Under the pieces are notes generated by a model, which saw nothing but the letters and a program-made list of their open reading frames with translations, was not told where the DNA came from and ran no database searches. From positions 8,571-72,570 of the forward strand of contig JAGVPT010000096.1 in assembly GCA_020052095.1 (NCBI GenBank): a stretch of DNA of 64,000 nucleotides. The letters run 5' to 3'. Positions 19,701 through 27,341 of this stretch are shown one piece after another (position 1 is the first letter of the stretch; each line of letters opens with the position of its first letter). The position numbers and the translations under genes were made by a program. The DNA is from Bacteroidota bacterium (lineage in GTDB: Bacteria > Bacteroidota > Ignavibacteria > UBA10030 > UBA8401).

Positions 19701-19891
19701 GGTTAATCCCAATCATGTGGAGTCACGGCACAGGTGCCGATGTGATGAAACGAATCGCTGCACCTATGGTGGGAGGTGTCGTAACGTCCGTGATGTTAGA
19801 ATTGGCTGTTTATCCGGTCATTTACTTCCTGTGGAAGAGTTGGAGCCTCAAAAAAGAAGCAAGGATTGAAGGCCGCTTATTGGAAAACTAA
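16739..19891 (+). CDS. CusA/CzcA-family heavy-metal efflux RND transporter
   Basis: 1050 aa with 12-TM RND architecture. N-terminus MLEKIIEASVRNKFMVIL..., with typical HME-RND length and operon position. Confidence 0.95.
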   Translation: MLEKIIEASVRNKFMVILAVLFLIGLGIYSMFKIPIDAIPDLSDVQVIIYTTYEGQSPRIVEDQVTYPLTTAMVAVPGSKVVRGYSFFGYSLVYVIFEDGTDIYWARSRVLEYLNYAQKRLPKNVIPTLGPDATGVGWVFEYTLTSDKRSLQELRSYQDWYLKYELTAVEGVAEVASIGGFVKEYQVTVDPAKLLAYNIPLNMVEMAITNSNNDVGGEVVEMGETEFMVRGLGYIKSLDDIKDIPVMVDKKSGTPVYIRDIADVTLGPLMRRGLVESNGEGEVVGGIIVMRYGQNALDVIDNVKKKLDVLKQGLPEDVKITTAYDRSSLIERAIETLKEKLIEEIVIVAIVCILFLLHARSAFVAIFTLPTAILMAFIVMRWQGINANIMSLGGIAIAIGAMVDAAIIMIENAHKHIERENEKPPEQRKDHWQIILDASKEVGPALFYSLLVITVSFIPVFTLEAQEGRLFRPLAFTKTYSMAAAAILSITIVPILMGYWIRGKILPEERNPINRFLIRIYTPVVEFVLKFNKWIIVAALLIMGVTFYPFSKIGSEFMPPLYEGDLLYMPTTLPGMSITKARELLQQTDKIIRQYPEVHHVFGKIGRAETATDPAGLDMVETTIMLKPEIEWRPGMTVQKLIDEMDRSIQFPGVTNAWTMPIKTRVDMLSTGIKTPVGIKISGPDLAILEKIGTEVEAIVRTVPGTLSAFAERAVGGNYLDFDINRKEAARYGLTVGDVQNVIQTAMGGMSITNTVEGLERYPVNLRYSRELRDNIEALQRVLVPTPTGVQIPIGQLATIATRKGPMVIRSEDTRPNAWVYIDIKDIDVGTYVQNAKKIVAEKIKLPAGYNIIWSGEYEYMQRAQQRLMLVIPLTLFIIFVIIYLNTRSLTKVAIVFLAVPFSLVGAFWFLYFLGYNLSIAVWVGIIALAGLDAETGVVMLLYLDQAYDEWKQKGLMRGLKDLKEAIHHGAVKRVRPKIMTASVIIAGLIPIMWSHGTGADVMKRIAAPMVGGVVTSVMLELAVYPVIYFLWKSWSLKKEARIEGRLLEN

Positions 19892-19911
19892 ATCAACGAA
19901 AGGTAAGAGAA

Positions 19912-20496
19912 ATGAAACACATCCGACGAATCGTTCTGTTGCTTTTGACCTTCTGCCTTGTTGCGGGGATTTCGGAGTTGTATGGGCACGGGAAGGAACA
20001 TCACGTCAGGACCGATTCTTTAGATTCAAAGACCGAAGACTCGGCAGACGTGAAAGGTCCGATGACCGTGAAGCATGATGAACCCCAGGAACCCTATCAG
20101 TTAGCCTACAAAGAAGCTCTGACCGAACATCTGCATAACAGGGTGATTCACCTGCCGATTGGATTCGCACTGGCCGCTTTCTTATTGTCGGTTTTAGCAT
20201 TCCGTTGGCAGGAATTGCAGCCCGCAGTACGCTGGCTGGTATTTGTTGCGGCCCTGACATCAATTCTTGCGTATATCACCGGGACTTCTCAAGCGCAATT
20301 CTTTGAAATAAGCGGCAAGAAATGGGTTGTGGAACTTCACCAAAGACTGGGGATCATTACTGCAACCGGATTATTTGTTTGGACATTATTTTTGTTTATT
20401 CAGCCGATGAAGAGATTTGCATTCTTCATTGGAGTACTGGTTGTTCTTCTTATACTCATCACAGGATTCTACGGCGGCATTCTAGCACATGAATAA
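19912..20496 (+). CDS. Membrane protein, DUF2231-like
   Basis: 194 aa. His-rich N-terminal region followed by HNRVIHLPIGFALAAFLL and 3-4 TM helices. Confidence 0.6.
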   Translation: MKHIRRIVLLLLTFCLVAGISELYGHGKEHHVRTDSLDSKTEDSADVKGPMTVKHDEPQEPYQLAYKEALTEHLHNRVIHLPIGFALAAFLLSVLAFRWQELQPAVRWLVFVAALTSILAYITGTSQAQFFEISGKKWVVELHQRLGIITATGLFVWTLFLFIQPMKRFAFFIGVLVVLLILITGFYGGILAHE

Positions 20497-20578
20497 ACCC
20501 TGGTTCACACAACAATATCGTTATGATAAATCAACTGAATCACTTTTACTGCATTTCACAAAAAGGAGACTTAACACT

Positions 20579-21235
20579 ATGAAGACTAAAAGTTTTGTTG
20601 CGGTCGTTCTTTTGACATTTCTATTCTCATTTGCCGTTGTTGCGCAACACGATCACGGTTCTCAGCAGAAGAAGAAGTCGGAATCGATGAACGACATGAT
20701 GGGAAAACCTACCTTTGAAAAAGCTATCGATGGCATTCAAATTAAGGTGTGGCTCATCACTCAAGAAGAACACAAGAAAATGATGGATCAAAGCATGTCT
20801 GCCAAGCATTCCGAGGGGCATGACATGGGAATGATGGGAGATGAAACAACTAAAGAGAGCAAGGATTCTTCGAGCCACGATCATATGATGCGTGGTGACA
20901 TGAAGAATATGGATCACAGCATGATGGGAAAAGGTATGAAGCATGACATGAAGGGGATGGACCACAAAAAAATGATGGAAACTATGATGTCAGGAACACA
21001 TCATGTGATGGTCACAATCACCGATGAGAAAAATAGCGAACCGGTCGATGAGAAAGAGATAACGATCCAAATTACTGCGCCGTCGACAAAATACAGTACG
21101 GTTAAGCTTACTCCTATAATGAATCATTTCGGCGCTGGTCTTGCATTTGACGAAAAGGGTATCTACAAAGTGGGCCTCGTGCTTGACATTGCGAAGGAAA
21201 CGAGGAATATCGCGTTTTCCTATGAAGTGAAATGA
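20579..21235 (+). CDS. Secreted Met/His-rich protein (putative Cu/Ag binding)
   Basis: AAGGAG RBS and a signal peptide. A long HDMGMMG..HDHMMRGDMKNMDHSMMGKGMKHDMKGMDHKKMMETMM insert sits inside a beta-rich (Ig-like) frame. Confidence 0.6.
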   Translation: MKTKSFVAVVLLTFLFSFAVVAQHDHGSQQKKKSESMNDMMGKPTFEKAIDGIQIKVWLITQEEHKKMMDQSMSAKHSEGHDMGMMGDETTKESKDSSSHDHMMRGDMKNMDHSMMGKGMKHDMKGMDHKKMMETMMSGTHHVMVTITDEKNSEPVDEKEITIQITAPSTKYSTVKLTPIMNHFGAGLAFDEKGIYKVGLVLDIAKETRNIAFSYEVK

Positions 21236-21321
21236 TCACGCGAAGTCAAACACCAAGAAATCAGAGTGACATTACTACGCGATCAAAAATTCTTATAGAG
21301 CGCTGAAGGGAGAATTGGAAC

Positions 21322-21510
21322 ATGGCAAAAGATCCTGTATGTGGAATGGACGTGGATGAACGAGAAGCGGCGGGAAAGAGTGAATACGATGGGAAGATGT
21401 ATTATTTCTGCTCGCCCGGCTGTAAGAAAATGTTCGACAAAAACCCCGAAAGTTTTCTCAAAAAAGGAAACGTCACAGGGGACATACCGAGAGATTTGCC
21501 AAACCACTGA
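21322..21510 (+). CDS. YHS/TRASH domain metal-binding protein
   Basis: 62 aa. MAKDPVCGMDVDE...YYFCSPGCKKMF matches the YHS Cys pattern. Confidence 0.85.
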   Translation: MAKDPVCGMDVDEREAAGKSEYDGKMYYFCSPGCKKMFDKNPESFLKKGNVTGDIPRDLPNH

Positions 21511-21592
21511 AGAACCCCATGTGCTACAATATGGCAAATTCATGTCGGCACGATACACCCTGTCGGATTGATGACTGCAGGAATGGTCAGAT

Positions 21593-22627
21593 ATGAAGAA
21601 GATCATCGCGTACGTGAACACTATGAGAGTACACTGGCTCGTCGAGGAGCTTGAGAAAATTGGAATCAATGAGATCATGGTCACAGAGTACTTCTCTCCG
21701 AAGTCGCAGATATCGCGCATGGAGCTTCTGGCGAGTGATGAACGGGTTGAGACGACGCGGGAAGTTATCCATCGAGTTGGCACCACGGGCTCGCTCGCTG
21801 ATCACCTCTTTTTCGTCGAGGATTACGACCCGAGCCTGCCGAGTCAACTCCCGCTCGGGAAAAGAACGAGCAAATTGGAAGAATTGCGCGTGAAGCAGCT
21901 TATCAATTTCATGCTTCCTCGCGTTCACAAAAGAATAACGTCCGCTTTCTTTGTTATAACAGTGAGTATCCTTTCCGTAGGAATTTTCATCGTTGTCAAA
22001 ACAGATGCGTTACGACGGATTGCAACGGAAACGGCCGAACATATTCAGATAATTTCAGAAGCGACAAAACAGGTAGAAAGCGCAACACTCGAAGAGATGT
22101 TGGCGGTCGAACGATTTCACCGCGGCGAAGCTGCGCCGGCTAACGAGGATTTTCGGAATGCGCGCATGAGGTTCACTAACGCCGTGAGAGCGTTGAGGGA
22201 AGCTACGGCTGCAAGAGTTGGTAGGCTTGACTCGCTGACCGATCTCGAACATCAATTCCATTTCATTGCCGGAGGAATGTTCGGAATTGTCGACAGCCTT
22301 TCGAGATATGGGAATAACAAGCATCCGAATAAAATTCACGACTTGTCACGATCACATAAACAGATGATGTCATCACTCGATAACGTGCGGCTTCAGCTTC
22401 TCACCTTCCTTGCCGCAATTGAATTAGACGCGAAGAATCAGAATCTCGAAAAGCAAAAAGAGTTCGACACGGTCATCAAGGGTGTTAGAGTCTTATTAGT
22501 ACTATTGGCTCTTGCTGCCGTAGGAATTACCATAATGGTCTGGTTTATCGTAGAACGCAAAGTTTCGCGTCCGATTGAAAAGCTGGTGGCAGAAGCCAAC
22601 GTAGTTGACACGGGAAAGGTGCGATGA
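21593..22627 (+). CDS. P-II-like (T-loop-less) domain fused to a two-TM periplasmic sensor and truncated HAMP
   Basis: Residues 1-85 align to the P-II gene in this window (MKKI.A.....L.E.L...G....VTE ... PK...ELL.SD........I.....TG...D..FFVED) but lack the T-loop. The rest is paralogous to the N-terminal sensor of the next kinase (AVERFHRGE/D, H.QMMSSLD). Confidence 0.7.
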   Translation: MKKIIAYVNTMRVHWLVEELEKIGINEIMVTEYFSPKSQISRMELLASDERVETTREVIHRVGTTGSLADHLFFVEDYDPSLPSQLPLGKRTSKLEELRVKQLINFMLPRVHKRITSAFFVITVSILSVGIFIVVKTDALRRIATETAEHIQIISEATKQVESATLEEMLAVERFHRGEAAPANEDFRNARMRFTNAVRALREATAARVGRLDSLTDLEHQFHFIAGGMFGIVDSLSRYGNNKHPNKIHDLSRSHKQMMSSLDNVRLQLLTFLAAIELDAKNQNLEKQKEFDTVIKGVRVLLVLLALAAVGITIMVWFIVERKVSRPIEKLVAEANVVDTGKVR

Positions 22628-22812
22628 AAACAATTGAATGGCTTTTCGCGTCAGTATTGGTCCCTTTCTCATTCGGAATGATAGCCCAATATTCACCTGG
22701 CAACGAAACGATGAGTGGTTCCGCCGTAATGAAATTCGATGTTGAAGCAAGAACTCTAATTAAGAGTGGCACTGATATTACTAAGATGATAGTGTATTCC
22801 GATCATGTTTAA
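22624..22812 (+). CDS. Hypothetical small protein (62 aa)
   Basis: ATGA overlap with the upstream stop and an 8-nt overlap with the downstream kinase start. No recognisable motif. Confidence 0.3.
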   Translation: MKTIEWLFASVLVPFSFGMIAQYSPGNETMSGSAVMKFDVEARTLIKSGTDITKMIVYSDHV

Positions 22813-24349
22813 CGGTATTGGCAAAAAAATTACCCTAGCATTTATTGTCGTAACGCTGAGCGTTCTAGGCGCAGGCCTTTTTGTATTCAACAGGATCGAA
22901 GAAGTTCACGATTCGAGTATGGCAACAAGTCAAAATGTTCAAGCTGTGGTGAGTGCGGCAGGAATTGTTCAGAATTCCATTTTTCATGAAATATGGGCAG
23001 TCGAGCGCTTCCATCGGGGAGATACCATTCCAGCACATCAGGAGTTTCAGGATGCACGGAAGGCGATGGATGAGGCCATTCAGGTTCTCCGAGTATCCAA
23101 TGTGTTAAACTCAATAACCTGCGATTCTCTCTCTGCCCTAAGGCATCGTTTCCAGGCTCTCGTGCTACAGATGTTCGAAACAAGTGATACTCTCAAGAGG
23201 TCTCGACAATCGGGAAATACCAAAATTACTGATGAACTCACGCGAATTCATCAAAGCATGATGACGTCGCTTGATCAGCTTCATCGTCAATTGGAAGAGA
23301 TTCTTCTCGTATTACAGCTGAGAACAAGCGCACTCTCTACCCACAGTCAGGAGGAAAATGCACATACCTTAAATGAAGTGAAGATTGCCTTAGTCATCCT
23401 TTTTGCACTCGCCGTCTTTGTAACAATTGTAGCGTGGTTTATGATTGAGCATTACGTAACCCGTCCTCTACAGCGATTAACTAAAGAAGTGAAATCAATA
23501 GGCTCAGGCGACTTCGGGAGACGGATTCATATTGGTGGAGATGATGAAATCAAACTTCTCGAAAGCAGTTTTAATTTGATGGTGGAGGATTTACAAAACA
23601 ACATCCAGAAACGCCGGGAAGACGAAATGGAGCTAATGCATGAGCATAAACTCGCCGCGATTGGCAGCCTCGCCCAAGGTATCGCTCATAATCTCAATAA
23701 TTCCTTGGGGATTATCCTTCTGAGTTGCGGTGCGTTGAGAAGAAATGATCCTTCGAGCGAAGAAATAGATTTCATTAGTAGAGCCGTCACGAAGATGAAG
23801 ACTATCATTGACTCGTTGTTGCATAAGAGCCGACAGGAACAGACGGAAGCAAAACAAGAGATCAGCCTTAATAATCTGATCACCGAAGAACTGCGCTTTC
23901 TTGAATTGGATCCCAAATTCAAAGAAATCGGCGAAAACGTTCAGTTCGGCGAGAGTCTACCAACAATTGTTGGCGTTTACTCTGACTTTAGTCAAAGCAT
24001 TACGAACTTCATACGGAATGCCATGGACGCGATGTATCATTCGCCGACGAAACGTCTAAGCATACAAACGCGTTTCGATGACCAGAATATTTATGTTGAC
24101 ATTGCTGATTCGGGCTGCGGCATTCCTGAAGAGAACATTCCGAAATTGTTTGACCCTTTTTTCACGACAAAACCAATCAAAGGAACCGAAATTGGGGGCG
24201 AGCCCACTGGTACGGGCCTTGGGCTTTCGAGTTGTTATCAACTTCTTCAACAGTATAATGCGACAATAACAGTAAAGAGCAAAGTCGGAGAAGGTTCAAT
24301 GTTCACAATTGCAGTTCCATACAATTCTCAAACAACTGAAAGAGGTTAG
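22805..24349 (+). CDS. Sensor histidine kinase (two-TM sensor, HAMP, HisKA, HATPase)
   Basis: 514 aa. HAMP (RPLQRLTKEVKSIGSGDF), H-box (LAAIGSLAQGIAHNLNNSL), and N/G boxes (IRNAMDAM, DSGCGIP, GTGLGLS). Confidence 0.9.
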   Translation: MFNGIGKKITLAFIVVTLSVLGAGLFVFNRIEEVHDSSMATSQNVQAVVSAAGIVQNSIFHEIWAVERFHRGDTIPAHQEFQDARKAMDEAIQVLRVSNVLNSITCDSLSALRHRFQALVLQMFETSDTLKRSRQSGNTKITDELTRIHQSMMTSLDQLHRQLEEILLVLQLRTSALSTHSQEENAHTLNEVKIALVILFALAVFVTIVAWFMIEHYVTRPLQRLTKEVKSIGSGDFGRRIHIGGDDEIKLLESSFNLMVEDLQNNIQKRREDEMELMHEHKLAAIGSLAQGIAHNLNNSLGIILLSCGALRRNDPSSEEIDFISRAVTKMKTIIDSLLHKSRQEQTEAKQEISLNNLITEELRFLELDPKFKEIGENVQFGESLPTIVGVYSDFSQSITNFIRNAMDAMYHSPTKRLSIQTRFDDQNIYVDIADSGCGIPEENIPKLFDPFFTTKPIKGTEIGGEPTGTGLGLSSCYQLLQQYNATITVKSKVGEGSMFTIAVPYNSQTTERG

Positions 24350-24352
24350 ACA

Positions 24353-24586
24353 ATGCATATATTTGCACTGCTGCGATCAAGTTTGCTGTTTTCATCTCGC
24401 ATTCCTCTGGCAATGCTTGGTTCGACCGTCCATTATCAATCTCATTCCGATATCCAACTCCAACGAGAAGGCAAGGTTAGCGACGCATTTGTGAATCGAG
24501 TCTTCAATCAGCATTTTGCAGCAGGGCAACTTTTCTCCGGCGAGCTTAAACCAAGCGACGTCGTCGAACGAACATGGTTCAGATAA
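24353..24586 (+). CDS. Hypothetical small ORF (77 aa), doubtful
   Basis: It fills the gap between the kinase stop and the next RBS. No motif, and a competing antisense ORF exists. Confidence 0.2.
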   Translation: MHIFALLRSSLLFSSRIPLAMLGSTVHYQSHSDIQLQREGKVSDAFVNRVFNQHFAAGQLFSGELKPSDVVERTWFR

Positions 24587-24596
24587 GGAGATTATT

Positions 24597-25223
24597 ATGA
24601 AAACGATTATTTGTGCCTTGGTCGCAGCTTTTCTCTCCCTTGCTTTTTTAGGGTGCGGCGCAAGTTTCACGACGAAAAAGACAGAACAACCCAGTCCACT
24701 TGCACTCATCAAATCGAATCAGCCGCTCGCCATCATGCCGTTTGAAACCGAAAGCGCACTTTCCAATCTTGGCGGCCAGGTTTCTGATGAGGTGATTGTT
24801 AACCTTCTTGAACATAATCCTCAAATGAAAATCATTCCCGCAACTGTGGTGCGCAACTACCTGCTCACGAGCAATCTGGGCGTGGGGGGAATCCCTGATA
24901 TGCACACAATCCACAACCTGAAAGAAGGGCTAAAGTGCAAATACTTGCTCACGGGAAACCTGTACACATCGATCGGGGAAGTCAAATACACCAGCACGTA
25001 TTCAAGCCGCATTGCGTCGGGGAGTGTAACGGTGAGGCTTGTTGATTGTGACTCGACGAATGTCATTTGGGCGAAACATGTTCAGGCGACCTTCTCGACG
25101 ACAACATACTACTACAGCGGCGGACAGCAGCAAACGACATACTACACAGACGGACAGTTAATGCAAGAACTTATTCGAAAATTAGGATACGAAATAGCAA
25201 GGTATTTCTTTGAACGTGAATAG
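24597..25223 (+). CDS. Lipoprotein, CsgG/LpoB/TolB-N-like pattern
   Basis: AAGGAG RBS and lipobox LAFLGC. The pattern PLAIMPFETES...LGGQVSDEVIVNLL...KYLLTGNLY is typical of small periplasmic scaffold lipoproteins. The family call is tentative. Confidence 0.55.
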   Translation: MKTIICALVAAFLSLAFLGCGASFTTKKTEQPSPLALIKSNQPLAIMPFETESALSNLGGQVSDEVIVNLLEHNPQMKIIPATVVRNYLLTSNLGVGGIPDMHTIHNLKEGLKCKYLLTGNLYTSIGEVKYTSTYSSRIASGSVTVRLVDCDSTNVIWAKHVQATFSTTTYYYSGGQQQTTYYTDGQLMQELIRKLGYEIARYFFERE

Positions 25224-25420
25224 AGTGTTTATTACGCTTTCTCTTATAGAATCAAAACAACAACTGTCGAATTTAAAAAATGATGAATCATTTTGGGGAC
25301 GGAATCTCGTGTGAAGAAAAGAAACATCTCCATTCACCATTGCAGTAATAGCCGGTAGCAAACACAATGAAATGTTATTTTCGTATAAAGCGAAATAAAA
25401 CCAATCAATGGAGGAAAATA

Positions 25421-26014
25421 ATGAAGTCAACAACCGTTGTAGTATTATTTATCACGTTCACCCTAGTAGTCGAGTTCGCGGGTTGTTCGAAGAATTCCTC
25501 ATCCCCCGTACAAACAGGTGATACATCTCCCCTCTTCACAACGCCGAGCGACGGCGCAAACAATGTCCAATTAAATGCTCAAATCGCGCTCTCTTTTTCA
25601 AAGTCTGTTGAGAAAAATGTTGTCGAAAGGAATTTTCATCTTATCAGCGAGCGAGATATAGCAGATTCACTCTGTCCCGTCTCGAAAACGATGGCGCACG
25701 GAAATATGACAATGACTATGATGGATTCAGGGAAGATGCATCACCTTGATCAAATCCATTCAACTCGCGGCAGATTCTCATGGAACAGCGACAGCACGAG
25801 ATGCACTTTCACCTCAGATTCACTGATGACACCACGGACGCAATACATGATTCACCTCGGACGTGATATGGTGGAAATGGTAGAGCGGCGGGTTGGCAGC
25901 ATGAAAATGATGAGTGGCCATGGCAGTGGGATGATGAGCGACGAAATGATGTTTCATTTCTCAACAATTGACACCACAAGCACTGGCGGCGGACATAATG
26001 GACATCACAAATGA
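25421..26014 (+). CDS. Lipoprotein with SbsA-type Ig-like domain and Met/His-rich segments
   Basis: GGAGG RBS and lipobox EFAGC. Also PSDGANNVQLNAQIALSFSKSV, MAHGNMTMTMMDSGKMHH, KMMSGHGSGMMSDEMM and a GGGHNGHH tail. Confidence 0.6.
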   Translation: MKSTTVVVLFITFTLVVEFAGCSKNSSSPVQTGDTSPLFTTPSDGANNVQLNAQIALSFSKSVEKNVVERNFHLISERDIADSLCPVSKTMAHGNMTMTMMDSGKMHHLDQIHSTRGRFSWNSDSTRCTFTSDSLMTPRTQYMIHLGRDMVEMVERRVGSMKMMSGHGSGMMSDEMMFHFSTIDTTSTGGGHNGHHK

Positions 26015-26038
26015 ATGAAAAAAAGAAGGAAAAGAACT

Positions 26039-26305
26039 ATGGCAAAAGACCCTGTTTGTGGAATGAATGTTGACGAGCAAAATGCTGCTGGAAAAACCGA
26101 ATACAGAGGGAACACTTATTACTTCTGTTCCCCCGGCTTCAAGAAATCTCTTGACAAAGAACCGGAAAAATATATCAGAGGCAGTGTTGAGAGCGAGCAG
26201 GAGAATATAAATGTGTTGTTTTTGCTTGAGCCCTTAATAGTCGAACACATGATGACAAAGCAAGATGACGCAATACAACCACTAAAGATATTAGACGCTC
26301 TTTAA
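26039..26305 (+). CDS. YHS-domain protein variant (last Cys replaced by Phe, extended C-terminus)
   Basis: MAKDPVCGMNVDE...YYFCSPGFKK. This is a paralog of 21322..21510. The ORF also has an upstream ATG at 26015. Confidence 0.6.
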   Translation: MAKDPVCGMNVDEQNAAGKTEYRGNTYYFCSPGFKKSLDKEPEKYIRGSVESEQENINVLFLLEPLIVEHMMTKQDDAIQPLKILDAL

Positions 26306-26607
26306 TAACTCTTGCAATATTTTCGGTAATTATCGCAGTCGTTCTATGCTACCCTTTCGCTCGGCGTGAATCTTCTTGTTCACAGTTCCGGTGAAGATAC
26401 GACTGTTGAACTGAATACACGGTACTTCGCCGCAAAGGCGGGCATTAAAACGGCATTGCAATTCGATCATCAAGCAAAAGTTGCTATCGGGCTTCTTTCA
26501 GCGATCAAAGAATATCAACGCTGGTTGAGATTGATGAAATAGTTTTGGGACTTCTATCAGGTAATGGTTGTTGAGTAATGCAGGTTGTATCCGATCATAA
26601 TACGATT

Positions 26608-26976
26608 ATGATAAAACAAGTTCTTAATATTATTTTGTGTGCAGTGTTGGTGTCCGCAACCATTCCATGGATGCAAGCCTGCGCAATGCAAGAAGAGATG
26701 GGAGAATCTCCGTCGTGTCAACACACGCCGGTGAAGGATGTTTCTTTTGTCGCAGCGCCCTGCTGTAACTGTGCTCTGTCAACCACACAAACATCTGATA
26801 GCGGTGTTACAGTTGAACAGAAGGCAAATCTTTTATTGCCGGTGCATTTGATTGCCGGATTGCATGCACAAGCCGCACCGGTTTTCCGCCCATCAATTTC
26901 TCATTTCATTTTTGATAGATCACTACACAGTAGTAGTCCTCCAATTTTTATTCTTAGCGCTGCGCTTCTGATCTAA
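26608..26976 (+). CDS. Hypothetical Cys-rich membrane-anchored protein (paralog of 13201..13656)
   Basis: TM, then QACAM, SCQH and PCCNC. The ORF opens at 26578. The shared upstream motif (g/a)ttgttgagta sits 17 nt before the 13201 start codon and 32 nt before the 26608 start codon, and in this copy it ends directly at the 26578 ATG. Confidence 0.5.
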   Translation: MIKQVLNIILCAVLVSATIPWMQACAMQEEMGESPSCQHTPVKDVSFVAAPCCNCALSTTQTSDSGVTVEQKANLLLPVHLIAGLHAQAAPVFRPSISHFIFDRSLHSSSPPIFILSAALLI

Positions 26977-27341
26977 ACCTCCGGTAGTCTTTCCGAAAAA
27001 TTACTGTTCGATGATTGTTCCATAGAAACAATGAAGTTTTGTTTCTATCAACTGATTCATCGAGACATATAATATCAGTACACAAATTCTATTTTAAAAA
27101 ACTAAACGATAACTCCGTATGTTTTAAGCACAGAGGTGAATCGCTAAAATAGAAATGAAGTTCTATTCGACAAATGCCCTGCAAATGGTATGGACAGAGA
27201 AAAGACTTAGGCATCCATCAGGATACAGTTTATCGGCATATCCTCCACCAACACCAGAAATATTTTATCCATTTCAGCTTGCCAATGCCTGAATGGATTA
27301 ACTAACTTTGCGTTGACACAACATAAATAAATGGAACCATC

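Noticed and set aside
26330-26542. Start-less 70-codon open frame (...ATLSLGVNLLVHSSGEDTTVELNTRYFAAKAGIKTALQFDHQAKVAIGLLSAIKEYQRWLRLMK*)
   Set aside because: It has no ATG, GTG or TTG near its 5' end and I recognise no family. It could be a gene remnant in this rearranged region, but I cannot support it as a feature.
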